From positions 806,001 through 870,000 of the forward strand of contig NW_019028979.1 of assembly GCF_002105155.1 (NCBI RefSeq): DNA of 64,000 bases, written 5' to 3'. A program made the translations under genes and the position numbers. The notes under the pieces are model-generated. The model worked only from the letters and a program-made list of their open reading frames with translations, ran no database searches and was not told where the DNA came from. The stretch is from Lobosporangium transversale (Eukaryota). Each line of letters opens with the position of its first letter. Positions within the stretch are counted from its first letter, which is position 1. Below are positions 13,374 to 24,703 of this stretch, piece by piece.

Positions 13374-15103
13374 ATGGCAACACGGAAACTGCAGAGTAAT
13401 CATAACATGCATTGATATCGATCAATTGCTTTTATTATTTTATTTCTTTCTTTCTTTCTTTCTTTTTCATTCCTTTGCCACCATTTTTTTAAAGTATCCA
13501 TTGAACCCATGGCTACAAAGTTGAAAATCAACAAACATTGTAGCCTGGGAAGACGTTGGTGTTTTTCCCTCAGAGTTTGTCTCCCATACGTCCTTCTCTT
13601 TTCAATCTGACCTTTTTTTGATCGTTGTCCGAATATCTTATCCTTTTTTTCTTCTTCCTTGGGATGGGGTTCTTGTTTTTTTTTCTTCTTATTTTTGTAT
13701 ATAGCCGAAATTGACAAGGTCTTGAAAAAGGTTGCGGAAGGTGTTGAAACCTTTGAAGAGACTCTAGAAAAGATTGAAACATCAACGAATGCCAACCAAA
13801 AGGACAAGTATGAATCGGACCTTAAGAAGGAAATTAAGAAGTTGCAACGACTACGTGATCAGATCAAGACTTGGATCTCCTCAAATGACATCAAGGACAA
13901 GAGGGCACTCATGGACAACCGAAAACTCATTGAACAGGTAAACTAAAATCAACCACATGAGAAATTCATGTCATTTCATTGAATTCCAAAAAAATAAAAA
14001 TAAAAAACAATCCATCCATTTTTGAAAACGTAAGCCGTTCAACTAACATGCAATCAACTTTTTTTTTTTGAAATTTTATCTGCCCACCTGCATATCCGGT
14101 GTGGCTCCTTTTTTTATGCGTGGGGGTTATTCTTTCTAGCAAATGGAAAAGTTCAAGGCAATTGAAAAGGAAATGAAGACGAAAGCATATTCCAGAGAAG
14201 GATTGATCATGTCTGGACGCATGGATCCTAAGGAGAAGGAAAAAGCGGAGACGTGTTCTTGGGTAACAGATCGTGTTGAAGCATTGAGTATCCAAATCGA
14301 AGCTCTAGAGGCTGAGGTAGAGACTTTACAAGCAGGCACAAAGAAGGGCAAGAACAACTCTTCAAAGGAAAGGATATCAGAACTGGAGGAGAAGATTGAG
14401 CGACATAAGTGGCATCAAGGGCGTCTGGAACTAATCCTAAGGCTTTTGGAAAACGGTCAGATCGATACCGAAAAGGTAAAAAATAACCTAGAAAAATTAT
14501 ATAATCATTTCATCTTTAGACTTTTGAATTCAAGCTTGCCTCAGTATGCTAATGGCTTTTTCCCTAAATAATGTTCAATTTCCTTGTAGGTCATTGCAAT
14601 TCAGGAAGATGTGAACTACTATGTTGATGAGAACCAGGTATGCAGGAGGCTTTGAATGTTAAGATCGATGAGCTTCCTTCAGTTGGATTGCCCCAACTTA
14701 TTGACCATTCATCTCACTTTTATATATATTCTACACGTATTCCTATTTATTATGATGCATAAATTCAGGATCCGGATTTCGCAGAAGACGAGGAGATTTA
14801 CACGGATTTGAATCTGGAAGATGAAGAGGATTATTTTGCAGTTGGTATGGAAGATCATTCAGTTACTCATGATTATGATGAGAAGGATGATACACCAACG
14901 CCTACCAAGAAGCAGGCAAAGGAACCAGAGCCAGAGCCTTCACCCACAAAACCTCCTGTCAAGATTATACCAGCAAAAAGTAAGACATTCTATGAATTGA
15001 TTTTAAGCCAGAAAGAATTGACCGTAGATACTGTAGAGATACTTTTTTACGTCTCTTGATGCTTATACCTTTCTCTCTTTATCTCTATCGATCGCGCGCA
15101 CAC

Positions 15104-15145
<42 letters not shown>

Positions 15146-16602
15146 GTCAGTATCAGAATCCAAGGAAACAAAGCCTGCATCAACGCCCAGTCAATCAACA
15201 GCAAAAACGACAACGGTAGCTCCGCCCAACCGACAACCAGCTTTGCCGCGTACAGGGGCTTCAGAATCCCCCGTCATCCAATATGCGACTGCAGTAGCAG
15301 CCAACTTGCCATCCGATCCATCTCGCACTACTTCAGCAGCATCACCTCAAGTTTCATCAGCAGTGTTGACAAAGGATTCTCCTAAGCAAGCAAACGAAAC
15401 AGCTAAAGTAACATCACCATCACCGCAGGCGGCTACGATAACTACACCAGCGTCATCGTCAGTGCAGACACTAGCATCAGAACCCAAGGATGAATCCAAA
15501 TCTTTATTAACATCATCAACTGACCCCGCTTCAACGGCATCTAAAGCGTTAGAATCTCCGTTTACAACATCCATAGCAGAAAAACAAGCTAGCGCAGAAA
15601 TTGAGGGGCTGTCAACGCCACCCAATGTACCTGAATCAGTAAGATTTAATTATTTGTTTAGCTTTGTCAACAGTGTTATTGCAAGGGAACAAATGTCCAC
15701 TGCATTGGGTGAAGATTATTTCAATTAATTTCTAACTTTATATTCCGCAGCAGAATGAAGCCAAGCCAATAGAATCACAGCCTGCACCATCTAGTGTACC
15801 AACATCTGCACCTGCACCTGCATCGACATCTATGCCAACGCCACCGACAGCACTGGTGGCACCAGAACCTGAGATTAGATTACCTGCAGCATTGGCTGAT
15901 CTTGCACATAGCTTTGAAGCGTCCAAGGAACGAGCGCTACAAAAAGAGGTTGGATTCTTTGCTCAACAAATGTTGGAAGCCAGTTATCAATTCATGCCAG
16001 AAGCTGTGGACACTGAACGGTATGAATCTTGAGATACATATCTACTAGAGTCATGTGAGGGGGGGAAAGGGATTGCCGTTAGAACACATGTTAAATCTAA
16101 CACCCATGTTTACCATTCTTTAATCAATTTAGACCAAAGAATTATGCACCCAAGGATCCTTATCCAACACCATCCTATTACCCACAAGCACCGATGCCAG
16201 GAGTATTTGACAGTCCTGCCATGTTTGAGAAGTTTGACATTGACACGCTGTTCTTTATCTTTTACTACCAGCAAGGGACATACCAGCAGTAAGCCTTTAT
16301 AATGAACGTGCTTTATATAATTCCAATATTTTAAGATAGGATCATTCATATTGCATTGTTTTTTTTCCTTTCTTTTAATTTTCCTTAGGTATCTTGCTGC
16401 GCGTGAGTTGAAGAAGCAGTCCTGGCGCTTCCATAAAAAGTATCTAACATGGTTTCAACGGCATGAGGAGCCAAAGGCAATTACGGACGATTATGAACAA
16501 GGCACATATATTTACTTTGACTATGAAGGAGCATGGTGCCAACGCAAGAAGACGGATTTCCGTTTCGAGTACAAGTTCCTGGAGGACTCTGAACTCGTGT
16601 AA
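13374..16602 (+). CDS. NOT3: CCR4-NOT complex subunit Not3/Not5 (CNOT3)
   Basis: The N-terminus [25 protein letters not shown]...[23 protein letters not shown] is the Not3 domain. The C-terminal NOT box reads [45 protein letters not shown]...[17 protein letters not shown] introns throughout. Confidence 0.96.
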
Positions 16603-16681
16603 AAAAGAATAATTTAGACAAATAATGATAATGATTGCTGGATTTTTCACTGAAATTTAATTAAATTGTTTTTTATACACG

Positions 16682-17278
16682 TCACCACTGGAGTAACCCA
16701 GCGGGAACCATGTAAACTATAGATAGTATGCTTACGAACACACAAATGCTAAATGTTAAAAGTTTCTTGAGTCCTCTCTTTGTGCTTTCTGGCTTGCTAC
16801 GAAGCAAAAATGCTGCTGGTCGCTTACTTCTTTGGCCACGATCCGGCACAGTGCCCAGACCTAGATTCAACCCTGTACCTGTACCTGTGTTTGCTGTTGA
16901 TGGCGCTCTTCGTTACATCCGAACAGACAGTCCATTCTCACTCACAGGCTGAAGATAGAGTAATCATCGTTTCCTCTTCAGGTGCTCACGCAAAATACAC
17001 TACAGTGCAAACGAGAAATCCCCGCTTCTTCAACAGAGTCTTCATATGATGGGCGTTTCTTGGACAGCATAGTGTTGGTTGACTCCAACAATCACGTAAC
17101 TAAGTGAGCAAGTCTACAAAGGAAGATTGAGTTAGAGAGAGAGTAAGAGTAGTAAAGGAGTAGCTTTCATATAATAAGAAAAACCTTGTCTTGACGAGAA
17201 TTGAACGAGACTCACTCTTATAATAACCTTGTTGGGATCGTGTTTCTGTTGAGCAATACGTCCGCCGATTATTATCAT
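16682..17278 (-). pseudogene. Decayed C-terminal fragment of a Fanzor/TnpB-like (RuvC-II / Zn-finger) protein
   Basis: With frameshifts it reads IIGGRIAQQKHDPNKVIIRVSLVQFSS/KTRFFLLYES, then an intron remnant (CTAAC...TAG, exon restarts 17113), then TCSLSYVIVGVNQHYA/SKKRPSYEDSVEEAGISRLHC../EHLKRKR*LLYLQPVSENG. This follows the order of motifs I recall for Mortierella-type Fanzors (GG..G.....KVIIGIGLGxFSSKTRLSSLHES, ARSLGYxVVGVNEYYTSKKCP, HL..Q.RPLYLQP). Confidence 0.6.
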
Positions 17279-17422
17279 TCTTTATTTTTTATTTCTTCAC
17301 TTCCGTTGATTGAATGAATGTATTATTAAAATGCGTTATTGTAAATGAATCAAAAGCCGATTTATCGTCTGGTAGTATATATCATCCTTATTGCATCTTC
17401 ATCACCATAATTATTTTTTATT

Positions 17423-17453
<31 letters not shown>

Positions 17454-17759
17454 TAAATGCATCTATTAGTTACTTTGAGCCGGTATTTCGAGACCAGACT
17501 ACTATATTCTCTCGCGGTCTATTTACCCTTAGAGCATAAAATTGGGTAAATTTTACTCACCTAGCTTTCATCAACTCATGGGTAGGCCAGATCCAGTCCT
17601 CTATGCTTGCTATTAGCATAGGAAGCGTAAAAAATGATCGCTTATTGACTCGTTATCACCCATGTGAGGCCATAATTACGGCAGATGATAGCACTACAGA
17701 TGTTCCGACCTACTCAATACATTTTTTTCATATTTTTTTACATGTTACTTGATATGATA

Positions 17760-19714
17760 AGCACGAACTTGAAGAACTGGGACGCAATCAATGCATTCAA
17801 GTGCTATACACGTGCCAGTGAGTCCATACCAAGGAAGTAATGAAAAAGCAAGCAGCGAAAAACTATATGTCAAGTCATGTCATCCACTACCAACTTTCAT
17901 CATTTTTCTCTCCTGCTTTCATTCTCTACCCCCAGCCTATAGATAAACAAAGCACCAAAGGGGTTAATTCTCTTATTTTATCTTCTTTTTTGCTAGAGAC
18001 ACCTTGCCGAGTCTCTATACTGTTCGTTCTAAAGATGGCTGCTATTCGAGGCATTCCCCCCCTCCCTTTTTTTTAATCGATTGATTGCAAGCTTAAGTTC
18101 TAGCCTTTAACAGCAAGTACCAGGTTAAACCGCTAGGACACGAAGCTGTTGGAACCTATGAATACCTCACTAGAGCGCGTTATATCCCCTCCCCTGTATC
18201 AACTGCATTACTTCCTGGAATTAGTGTAACTAAGGCTAAAACACTGTCGTAAAAAAGAGGTGTATTTTGATCATATTTCCTTACAGAAACTTTGTCTTAA
18301 ATGCGACCCGAGAAGTCCAAACCCATCATGGCGGTAGCAAGGCTGTGAGGGGTTGTAGCGCCTACGAGCGCTCAAGGCAGCAATGGTTAAGGAGATCGAT
18401 CTTCCTTTTACAAGCTTGTAAGCGGAGTAATCATAGCATTTGCATTCTCGAGATATCACAGTAATCCTTCCTTCAGTCCATAGATAATTTAAACTAATTT
18501 CAACTTGTCAGATATCAAACGACCTATTAGTTACCTCAACAACAAATACTCCTAGAGATGGGTTAAGTTTGAGCAACTCATTCCATACCATCAAAGGGCA
18601 ATCACCGATGTATTGGTCGACAGCAGACTTCCAGACTGTCGCAGATAGAACAAGGATCAGTGATCTCGAAGCTAGGCAAGGTAAAGCCAAAACGAGATGA
18701 TCATCAAGCAATTACCAATAAATTCCAGAGCGAGTTCGAGGAGGACTGGTTCTTAAGCTGGCCCATATCTGATACTTACAAGGAGGCACTGAGAGCCATA
18801 CACTTCTTGAGCGCAAAACATTATTGATAAAGGTGGTTTGCAAGGAATAGGAGCAATACTTTCATCAAAGGAAGTAAAAAGGGGACATCTTGAAGCCCAG
18901 AGATACGATTGTATAGACGCAACAAATACGTCGAGTTAGAAGATGGTATATTTTTATGCAAAACAAAAAATGTGGACGCTAGATTATGGAAACAGACGAT
19001 AGTGAGAGGCGTCTCGCTACCTTTATCAACAAGTTTAACCATGTGCCCGACGTCCAGGAAGTGCAAAGAGAAATACAATGTGGTAATTGTTATGGCAGCA
19101 AATAGAAAGTATAATAGCCAATCTATGATGAAGATGGCTTCGAGGATATCGATGAGAAGCGAAACCTGTTACTTATTGACAAAATCCTTATTAAAGACTA
19201 TCTCTCTCCTACCATTGCGCATCGTGACATACTTGCGTTCCTAAACGAAATCCAAGAGTAGGAGGACCCCGCAAGCGTTATTTAATAAAGACATCCATCT
19301 CCAAATGCATGTCAAGGAAGACGCACGACCTTCGGCCCTCTCACATTACGAAAAGGGTAGAAAAGAATAATAGAATAAGCGAAAGCTCTACTCAATCCAG
19401 ACGTTGCAAAAACTGCAGCCGTAGAAAATCTTGGCCGGGGGGAAAGACATGTATAAAAGACTGTGGTTTGCCAACAAAAGCATATATATGAACGATATTG
19501 TAGTGCCTGCTATCCCTTCCAGTGGATGATTAAATCGCCTTCTATATCGAGAAGAGAGTCCACTGCTGCCATGGATATAGGCAACATCATTCTCCTGTCT
19601 TGTTTGCGCCTTAATCATTACAAGCATAGAAATGCCCTGCAAGCACATGAGTCTGGCAGAGAGGGTGATTCGATGTCAAACGCAATGTTAGTTCCGCGTG
19701 CACCCAGGTTCTAA
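17760..19714 (+). pseudogene. Heavily decayed coding relic of unknown family
   Basis: About 2 kb of protein-like composition without homopolymers, broken into short frames (e.g. KGQSPMYWSTADFQTVADRTRISDLEARQGK; LLIDKILIKDYLSPTIAHRDILAFLNEIQE*). No domain recognised. Confidence 0.35.
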
Positions 19715-20631
19715 AATACGATTGATAGTAATGTATTATATCAACAATCATTTCAGACAGCATCTCCAGGGCCTCCTCTCGTTGTCTTTGTTGCGTTGGG
19801 GGAAGTGCAGGCAATGAGAGTTGAAGAGGGAAAAAAATAAATAAACATTGAGTTGTCTAGACAGAATAACACTGAAGTTGCACCTGAGACTAAAGGCAAG
19901 GCTGGATGAATTGATCAGCCTGCAGAGTCTGGTTTTGCTGGTATTCAGACATAGTTTTCACCGGTAAATGAATCCTTGAAGTTGCACAGTATATTCGTTT
20001 ACTGATAGACTGAAGTATATATTATCAACAAACCTGAAATGGAGGGCAAGAACTCTTAGGCACGAGCCATCCACCCGCTTACGAATGATGATGATAGATT
20101 CTTGGTGAAGACGGTAAAGGCACCTACAGTAATAATATTTACAAAAACATTAGCATTATGCGTCCCCAACCATGTAGGATTTCCTAGCTAAAAGAGAATT
20201 TGCAACTTGATTTGCACCAAGACAATTTTTCTACGGATGCTAATTACACTGTGCGAGATATAGTTTAGTAGAAGAGAAAGCCGGACCTTGTCTTCGTTTA
20301 GTTCCGCTTTCTTCTTTTCTTTACTTCTTCTCTCTTCTAAGTGGTTCTTTTCACGGCTTTGATATAGATAGTACGCACTACCGTTAGTACCATTGCCAGA
20401 ATCCCCTTGCCAGATATGATGCAAACTAAACATTCACAATTATACAATACTTTTTTTTATAAGTTCAATATCCATATATCTCTCCTGTCTACGTTCCTGA
20501 ATGCTTAAATCGCACTTGCATAACATTATTTAATGCTTGATGCAAAACGTAGCCACACTTTTTTTTTTTTTTTTTTTTTTTTTTTCAGATGGGCCATTAC
20601 CACATTCCATCATTGGGTTTTTTTTTGCAAC

Positions 20632-22152
20632 ATGGACCACCATAATTTAAATCCTTTAAAGATCCCTGAAATCCTCTTACTCATTGGCGGTTTGCTCAAC
20701 CAAAAAGACCTTTTAAACTGTATCCGAGTCTCAAAGTTTTTTCATAGTTCTCTTATCGGACTCATATGGAGAAAAATCACCATTACATCGCTCAAATATC
20801 CTGCTAGTAAAGCGCGACAGAAGCACAAGGAATACATTGAAAAGATTACATTTTCACATTTTGCATTTAAAGATTCTTTCCCAGTATTACGAGAAATTAG
20901 ATCCGTCGGATATGGAAAAGGATGTTCATGGCTCACGCCGAGGCACCTTTACAAGCAAATCAAAGTCCATAGCTCCATCCTCACGAGCTTTCACTTGTCC
21001 AGCGATATTGAGCATTCACATGAGCTCTGGAAGGCTTTACTGGAATGTAGCAACCTCTACCACTTGGAAGTTTACCACACAACTATCAGTGAGTCGGCTG
21101 ATCTATTCCTTCAAGTCTGTAAGAGAGTTAGGCGCTTAGAATTGGAGCATGTAACCATTCACCAGCTACCTGTTAATTTCCTAAATAACGACGATAGTGA
21201 ATATATTCTCCCGAAAATACACACACTGCGTCTTGAGGATGTCCGAATGGCCGATCCTCCAGATCTATATACCAGCTGGGGTTGCCTCGGCATGTTGGTC
21301 AGGAGATGTCCAGAATTGTTTTCATTACATATTAACAGCCGGGATCCGAATGATTACCATCCAGACTTCCACAGGATAGCATTTCTTCAGAAACCTTGGA
21401 CTTTGAACAATTTGTCAGATCTGGTTACCTTTTATATGAGGGTAAAAGACGAGGATATGGCTGTGCTCCTCAGACGGGTGACTGGATTAAGACGGTTAAT
21501 CGTCCCTTGTGGTGAATTCGGCCAGCTCTCTTTACAGGAGTTACTAGCAGACAAGCAAGAAGGATTGGATAGTGGACAAATAGTATGGAAGACAAGAGTT
21601 CGGAGACTCTGTGAGACAATTGAGACATTGGTGTTCAATAAGCTCGACATCATAGATGGTAGTGTTCTAACCATTTTATTGAATTGTCCACGACTGAAAA
21701 GGCTGGAAGGCCTTAAAACTACAGTGACAGAGATTTCCAGTGGGGCAGAATGGGTATGCGTTGGGTTGACTAAACTGGATATCTATCTTGAAAGAGATAT
21801 TGATCAAGAGACTGAAGAAGGCATGGCAAAGGCGCGCATGGTCTTTAGACAACTAGGCAAGCTGACTCAGCTAGAATATCTTGGCCTAACAGGATGGTGG
21901 AGCAAAAGAAGCAATGATAGAGAGACGCTGGACTTGAGATTAAGAGCAGGTCTGGATGAACTAGTCAATCTAAAGAAACTACGCACACTATGGTTCAAGA
22001 ATGATAAGAGCCAGCGATTACAACTCGAGGATGCGAGATGGATGGTGAACAATTGGCCAAGCATCAGAAACGTGAATGGCCTCCTGAATGATGAGAAGAA
22101 TGTAGCTATTTCGGTGAGAGGGTTCCTTAAGCGGTATAAGGTATCCAATTAA
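20632..22152 (+). CDS. Intronless F-box/LRR (RNI-like) protein, family copy 1 (intact, 506 aa)
   Basis: N-terminal F-box-like LNPLKIPEILLLIGGLLNQKDLLNCIRVSKFFHSSLIGLIWR; LxxLxL repeats; C-terminal LDLRLRAGLDELVNLKKL...WMVNNWPSIR shared with the paralogues. ATG in the family GCAACATG context. Confidence 0.85.
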   Translation: MDHHNLNPLKIPEILLLIGGLLNQKDLLNCIRVSKFFHSSLIGLIWRKITITSLKYPASKARQKHKEYIEKITFSHFAFKDSFPVLREIRSVGYGKGCSWLTPRHLYKQIKVHSSILTSFHLSSDIEHSHELWKALLECSNLYHLEVYHTTISESADLFLQVCKRVRRLELEHVTIHQLPVNFLNNDDSEYILPKIHTLRLEDVRMADPPDLYTSWGCLGMLVRRCPELFSLHINSRDPNDYHPDFHRIAFLQKPWTLNNLSDLVTFYMRVKDEDMAVLLRRVTGLRRLIVPCGEFGQLSLQELLADKQEGLDSGQIVWKTRVRRLCETIETLVFNKLDIIDGSVLTILLNCPRLKRLEGLKTTVTEISSGAEWVCVGLTKLDIYLERDIDQETEEGMAKARMVFRQLGKLTQLEYLGLTGWWSKRSNDRETLDLRLRAGLDELVNLKKLRTLWFKNDKSQRLQLEDARWMVNNWPSIRNVNGLLNDEKNVAISVRGFLKRYKVSN

Positions 22153-22620
22153 TGAAAGATTAAAGAAGGAAAGAGAAGCATTGTCACATCATAATCTGAA
22201 ATAGAGGACGGAGATCTTGAACATGAGAATTTAGTGAAACTATGCCTCTTGGTGCTTGCCATACAATCTAAGTAATGATAGTATCCAAAATATAAATGGA
22301 GGATGGTTCTCCCAACTCGAATAGCGTTTGTACCTTTTTTTTTTTTTTTTTTTTTTTTTAACAGCTGCACCAACGAGTTGTAGAGCAACTTGGTTTAGCT
22401 GAAGAGAACGCTGAGGAGTGTCTTTGCTTGATTTCCCTTTCTTCTTTCCCTAAGTATTCTTCTAAATAGTTTCATCCGCAGCTGAGTATAGCTAGTACTC
22501 AATGATTCTCGAAAAGACAATCTCATCATTGTCAAGACTCTCACGGCATTTTCGATATCAAGTTATACTTTAACCATAAAGATGCTTGGAATGTGTAAAG
22601 TGCATTTTTATGACATCTAT

Positions 22621-23000
22621 ATGCATCTGTTCCACATTCCTGCGTTAAATGAAACGATAGTATGATAGTCAAATATCTAGATTGACACTGTGAACTGTAC
22701 CCATGCCTGCGCAAGGTGACAGAGGGCTGAGGCGATAGCACTGAGCTATAATGTTCCATAGTTTGACAACTACCGATAGTTGATTGAGAGGGGGAAAGAG
22801 GCCTGAAATCAGAAAATGGCGCTTGAGAAAGATAGACTAACAAGATGACTATGGCAACTAGAAGTTTGAGGGGTGAGGAAAGACATAGCAGCTGAATACT
22901 AGATAGAGAGCGATATGTTGCTGTTGCAAATAGAAGTCGCATCAGGTATATATTTGCTGTTGCGCTGAGGAGCCCTGGATGACTGAAATAAAAGAATGTC
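22621..23000 (+). pseudogene. Second-type F-box-like relic, copy a
   Basis: MHLFHIPALNETIV../VKYLD../TVNCTHACAR*QRA. DNA-level similarity to 26750-27100 (+), 41213-41341 (-) and 51930-52110 (-). Confidence 0.55.
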
Positions 23001-23050
23001 ACTGATAACATCTAACAAAATATATATTTATACTATCATTTACAAAAATC

Positions 23051-23066
23051 AGCCAATGAAATGAGG
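23051..23066 (+). promoter_or_regulatory. Conserved CCAAT-containing upstream motif (AGCCAAT(C/G)AAATG) of the F-box/LRR family
   Basis: The same motif occurs at 24605 and 59452 (+) and at 54565-54577 (-), each upstream of a family ATG. Confidence 0.6.
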
Positions 23067-23195
23067 CTGGTGGCAAAATGTCAAGCACAAAGTTGACATT
23101 TACCGCCATCAATAAAGAATATAAATACCTTGAATTTTAAGCGCCTGTTCACAACTATGACTCAATGATCACACTCAGCGGCATCTTTTTACAAC

Positions 23196-23697
23196 ATGGA
23201 CCACTTTAAGTTGAATCCCTTTGACATTCCAGAAATCTTCTTACTCATTGGTGAATTCCTTGATCGAAATGACCTTTTAAAATGTATCCGCGTCCCTCAA
23301 TCCTTTCACAGTTCCCTTATCAGATTCGTATGGAGAGAAATCACTATCACATCGGTCAGAAAGCCTACCAAAAAAGCACTACAAAGGCACAGGCATATGT
23401 TGAAGAGATTACATTTAAAGACTGCAGATTTAAAGAACATTCTCCAAAGGAGTATGAGTCATTACAGGAGCTCAAGTCCATCACATACGGAAAGGGATGT
23501 TCCAAACTGACCCACCCTATCAACCAGATCAAGGCTTACAGCTCCATCATCACTAGCTTTCACTTAGGTGAGCGTATTTGGGCTTCGCGCGAGCCCTGGA
23601 AGTCTTTACTGGAATGCACTAACCTCTACCACTTGGAAGTTTATCGTAAATATATTAGAGCTTTTGTTGATCTATTCTTTCAGGTCTGCAAGAAGGC
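23196..23697 (+). pseudogene. F-box/LRR family copy 2 (frameshifted, 3'-truncated)
   Basis: MDHFKLNPFDIPEIFLLIGEFLDRNDLLKCIRV...; frameshift near 23390. Homology to copy 1 stops after FFQVCKK. Confidence 0.85.
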
Positions 23698-24703
23698 ATG
23701 TGCAGACAACAAAGAAGACAACAACTGTTTGCTCACATACATTTTTTTCACTATTGGTATCCCTGTATGCCTTTTAAGCACAATAATGCAATGCTGTGCA
23801 TGGAAGATAGGGCCTTGAAACTATGACCATTGTTATGCGGACTCACCGAAATCAACTTGTGATCACAGCTGCTACTCATGCTCTGTTGCCAAGGACTTGA
23901 AAAGGGATACAAATCCCTTCTTCCTTGCTCTCATAATCACTCACATCCTCTCAATACTTTCTTTCGCCGTAAATGTCCATTACATCTGAATCACACACAG
24001 GCATTTCACCATTCGCTCCAACATAGATATATGTATCATCTTGAGTATGATATGTTGGGATTCCCTCTGGTTTCAACAGGTCCAACAAACTCTATTAGCA
24101 GTGTTTATCAACCCAGATATATCAAGGGAACGCAAGAAGATGAGGAAGCAAACGATATGACAAATCAAGTCTCGCCGAGTTGTACAGGAAAAGATCAAGT
24201 TAGTCAAGCTCCATGGTGTGGTAGAATGAATCAACTCAGATTGCCCTCCTTTCAAGCCAATACTACGGCGGCGGGTATCATCACCGCTATTACACCAGTC
24301 AATAAATAAACGATACAATGAGCTCCCAAGCGGATGCTAGGGTCATGCGAAAATCTTTTATGAGTTTTTTTATTTGCACAAATAAAGAAGCCAGGATAGC
24401 TCCATGACAGTTTGGTTTCCGGTCATTTATTTCGAGACAATGCCCATGGATTGCTGGATTTCAAGTCCATTTATAATAGTAAATTTGCCCTTGTTACGGA
24501 CGAAGGGATAAAAGCAAGTCTGCTGATCAAATAAAGTTAGTTAGTGGCAAAGCGGTCGACTCAAAATATTGTCCACTCTCCAACACATTGCATAATAGAA
24601 GGTTAGCCAATCAAATGGGGCTTATGCTAAAATGTCGAAACACATGCAGTCACCATGTCCACATTTTGGCGTTCCAACAGCATCCTCTCATTTGAATTGT
24701 AAC

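Noticed and set aside
20030..20130. AIHPLTNDDDRFLVKTVKAP, resembling a Tc1 linker/HTH
   Set aside because: Too short, and no TIR or DDE part was found.
22541..23011. Minus-strand ORFs of 156 aa here and 139 aa at 26783-27202
   Set aside because: They are antisense shadows of the plus-strand F-box-like relics.
23700..24320. 143-aa ORF and membrane-like frames after truncated copy 2
   Set aside because: No recognisable domain and stops in the plausible frames.
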